Shown here piece by piece: positions 62,106 to 64,000 of a stretch of 64,000 nucleotides of DNA. The stretch comes from Mobula hypostoma. Taxonomy: Eukaryota. The stretch's first letter is position 1. Every line of letters starts with the position of its first letter. The notes below the pieces were generated by a model. It saw only the letters and a program-made list of their open reading frames with translations. It was not told the origin of the DNA and did no database searches. The stretch covers positions 34,226,001 through 34,290,000 of the forward strand of contig NC_086097.1 of the NCBI RefSeq assembly GCF_963921235.1, in the 5' to 3' direction. The position numbers and the translations under genes are program-made.

Positions 62106-64000
62106 AAAACGTGGTCATAAGGCCACTTTTCATAGTTCGTCTGTCTTGCACACCCAATCTGCGTGAGTTGAGACCCTCCCACAAAGCATTGTGCACCACC
62201 AGACTAAAGTTACACAATTCTACTGACTAGTTTTTAGGGAAGACCTTTCAAATTCCTTTCACCTTCTTAAGTTACAAAGCACGTTTTTATTTATCTTTCT
62301 CAAATGAAGAGAAACTGACTGGTGGACGTATTAAAAGGATTAATTCGTTTTGTGTAGGTTTCTTACAATAATTCTGACTGGTTTTTAAATGAGACAATAA
62401 CATGTTTATATTCAGCTGCATAAATAAATTGACTCCACAGCAATACATTAAAAGTGCTCTTTAATAGTACAAAATAAGAATAATTCATTACATTCTTCTG
62501 CATAGCCTCTATGCACTGATTCATGACATCAGCGATTATCTAAATGAATTTTAATGGAAGTCTGAACCGTGACCTAAGCAGTGTAATTTAGGGCGGGCTG
62601 AAGAATTAAATATCACACGGACAGCTTGCATTTGTGCATGTGTTTGGATGCACATTCACTCTGATGTGACCAGGTGGTAAAACATAGTTCCATGTTTGCA
62701 TTTAATAACAAAATGATGTAAGCTTGGAAATTGCATTGGGTGATTGTAAGCTACTGTAGGAACTGAATGCACTTGAGGCATTATTTTTGTCTATTTTAAC
62801 AGACGCATTAAACAGTTTATTTCAACTGGGTTAATGCCTCCATTAAAGGAACAAAATAATGTCATTCAAACATATTTATAAAGTGTGCAGTGATTGCACT
62901 GACATTTCTAATCTTCAGAGACCTAATTGTATTGTGTTTTACTGTGAACCTCACACTGCAGCAAATTTGCTGCTGTTACGATATAACTTATACAACAATA
63001 TCTAGGGTGTAGATTAAAAAAATTAAAATTGTGTGTACCTCATTAGAAATAAATTTACTCTGATGAATTATTAGTACAGATTATTTATTCCAATTGTGGT
63101 TTAGAACTGGAAATGAATGCTTTTAAAATTAAATCTCAAATCGTCTGCACGTTGACAATTTGTCTTTTTTTTCAGACACCTGGAACAAACTGCAGCAGAC
63201 ACAATAGCAAGCACACATGGCGGAACAATTTAATACAGCTTTGGTTCACAGGTTGGATCAGGGAGCAAGGAACGCTGTCAAATCACATTTAGCTCAGTTT
63301 ATACTAATCTAAACTGAAAGCCACTTCATGGGGTGCTTGTCATAAAAGTTCTGGAATGATAAATGTAGATAAATTCTTTGCACTGTTTAATACTAATAGT
63401 AAAATATTATGCATTGCATTTCTACACAACCTTCACCCACCCACCCCTACGTTGTTTATGAATTAGGACGAAGTATCTGTTTGGATGAATCACAGAAGCA
63501 GGTGGAGCAGCTAATGGATGGGTCTCCTACCGAGTCCTTCAGTACAGTCAACGGGATAGCCTGTGCTATTTTTGTGAGTAACTGCTGATTGGGGGACAGA
63601 GGGAAAGGTGGGACAACTGGTAGTTAAAGGCCCTATTTAGAGGCAGGTACACTGCTTGGTAGAGATTGGAGGCCTTTTCACACCGTTTGACCTTGGGCCG
63701 CAGATTCACAAGTGATATGGTCAAGGTGCATTTAAGGCAAGTTGGAAGGAAGTCATTCACTCCTCCAAAGTAGCTGCTTTCTTTTGCTATCATTTGATAA
63801 ATCCTTGTCTTTGCTTCCTTTCACCACATCCCTCAGGTACGTCGGGGCTGGTGGCCTCACAGAATGGGAACAATAACCCTCTCTTAATAGACTAGTAACC
63901 AAATGTGAGATTTTGTTTAAATCAAGGTAAGGCTGAACAGCGAACTAAAATAGACCCGAAAGCATGGGTGAAAAGTGATGGGAATTGGGCAGGACACAGG

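Noticed and set aside
63176..63251. Plus-strand exon candidate (strong tttttttcag acceptor, CAG|GTTGGA donor)
   Set aside because: Weak donor, no recognisable peptide and no partner exons; it cannot be supported without RNA data.
1..64000. CRISPR arrays, tRNA/rRNA genes or a prokaryote-type multi-gene system
   Set aside because: No regularly spaced repeats, no operon-like ORFs, and the tRNA-like boxes belong to decayed SINEs. All long ORFs are retroelement-derived.

Overview
Vertebrate genomic DNA, most likely from a cartilaginous fish (ray/shark). This is inferred from HE1/HER1-like SINE/CR1 families and abundant Penelope and Rex/Babar LINEs. The only protein-coding gene I can support is the 5' end of SLC24A4 (NCKX4, K+-dependent Na+/Ca2+ exchanger) on the minus strand, which the ORF track misses: coding exon 1 (38595-38445), a 693-bp intron and exon 2 (37751-37641), all inside a CpG-rich promoter region (~37.2-39.8 kb). 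Positions 1-37640 are the start of the very long intron 2, and ~38.6-64 kb is upstream sequence. The rest is mostly nested retroelement debris: CR1, Rex/Babar, Penelope/Neptune, L1, Tx1, L2 and RTE-derived elements, V-SINEs, two solo-LTR candidates and a mariner remnant. The most interesting non-gene signals are minimal hammerhead ribozyme motifs at Penelope termini (including a 128-bp ribozyme-only insertion with a 14-bp TSD), a twin-priming-type inversion in a Penelope copy, an ORF-less non-tRNA retroposon family with an AAGATGGCG head, and a mariner derivative with interleaved inverted repeats. I found no evidence of a wholly new multi-gene system. Family assignments come from recognised motifs, not database searches, and repeat boundaries are approximate unless a TSD is given.
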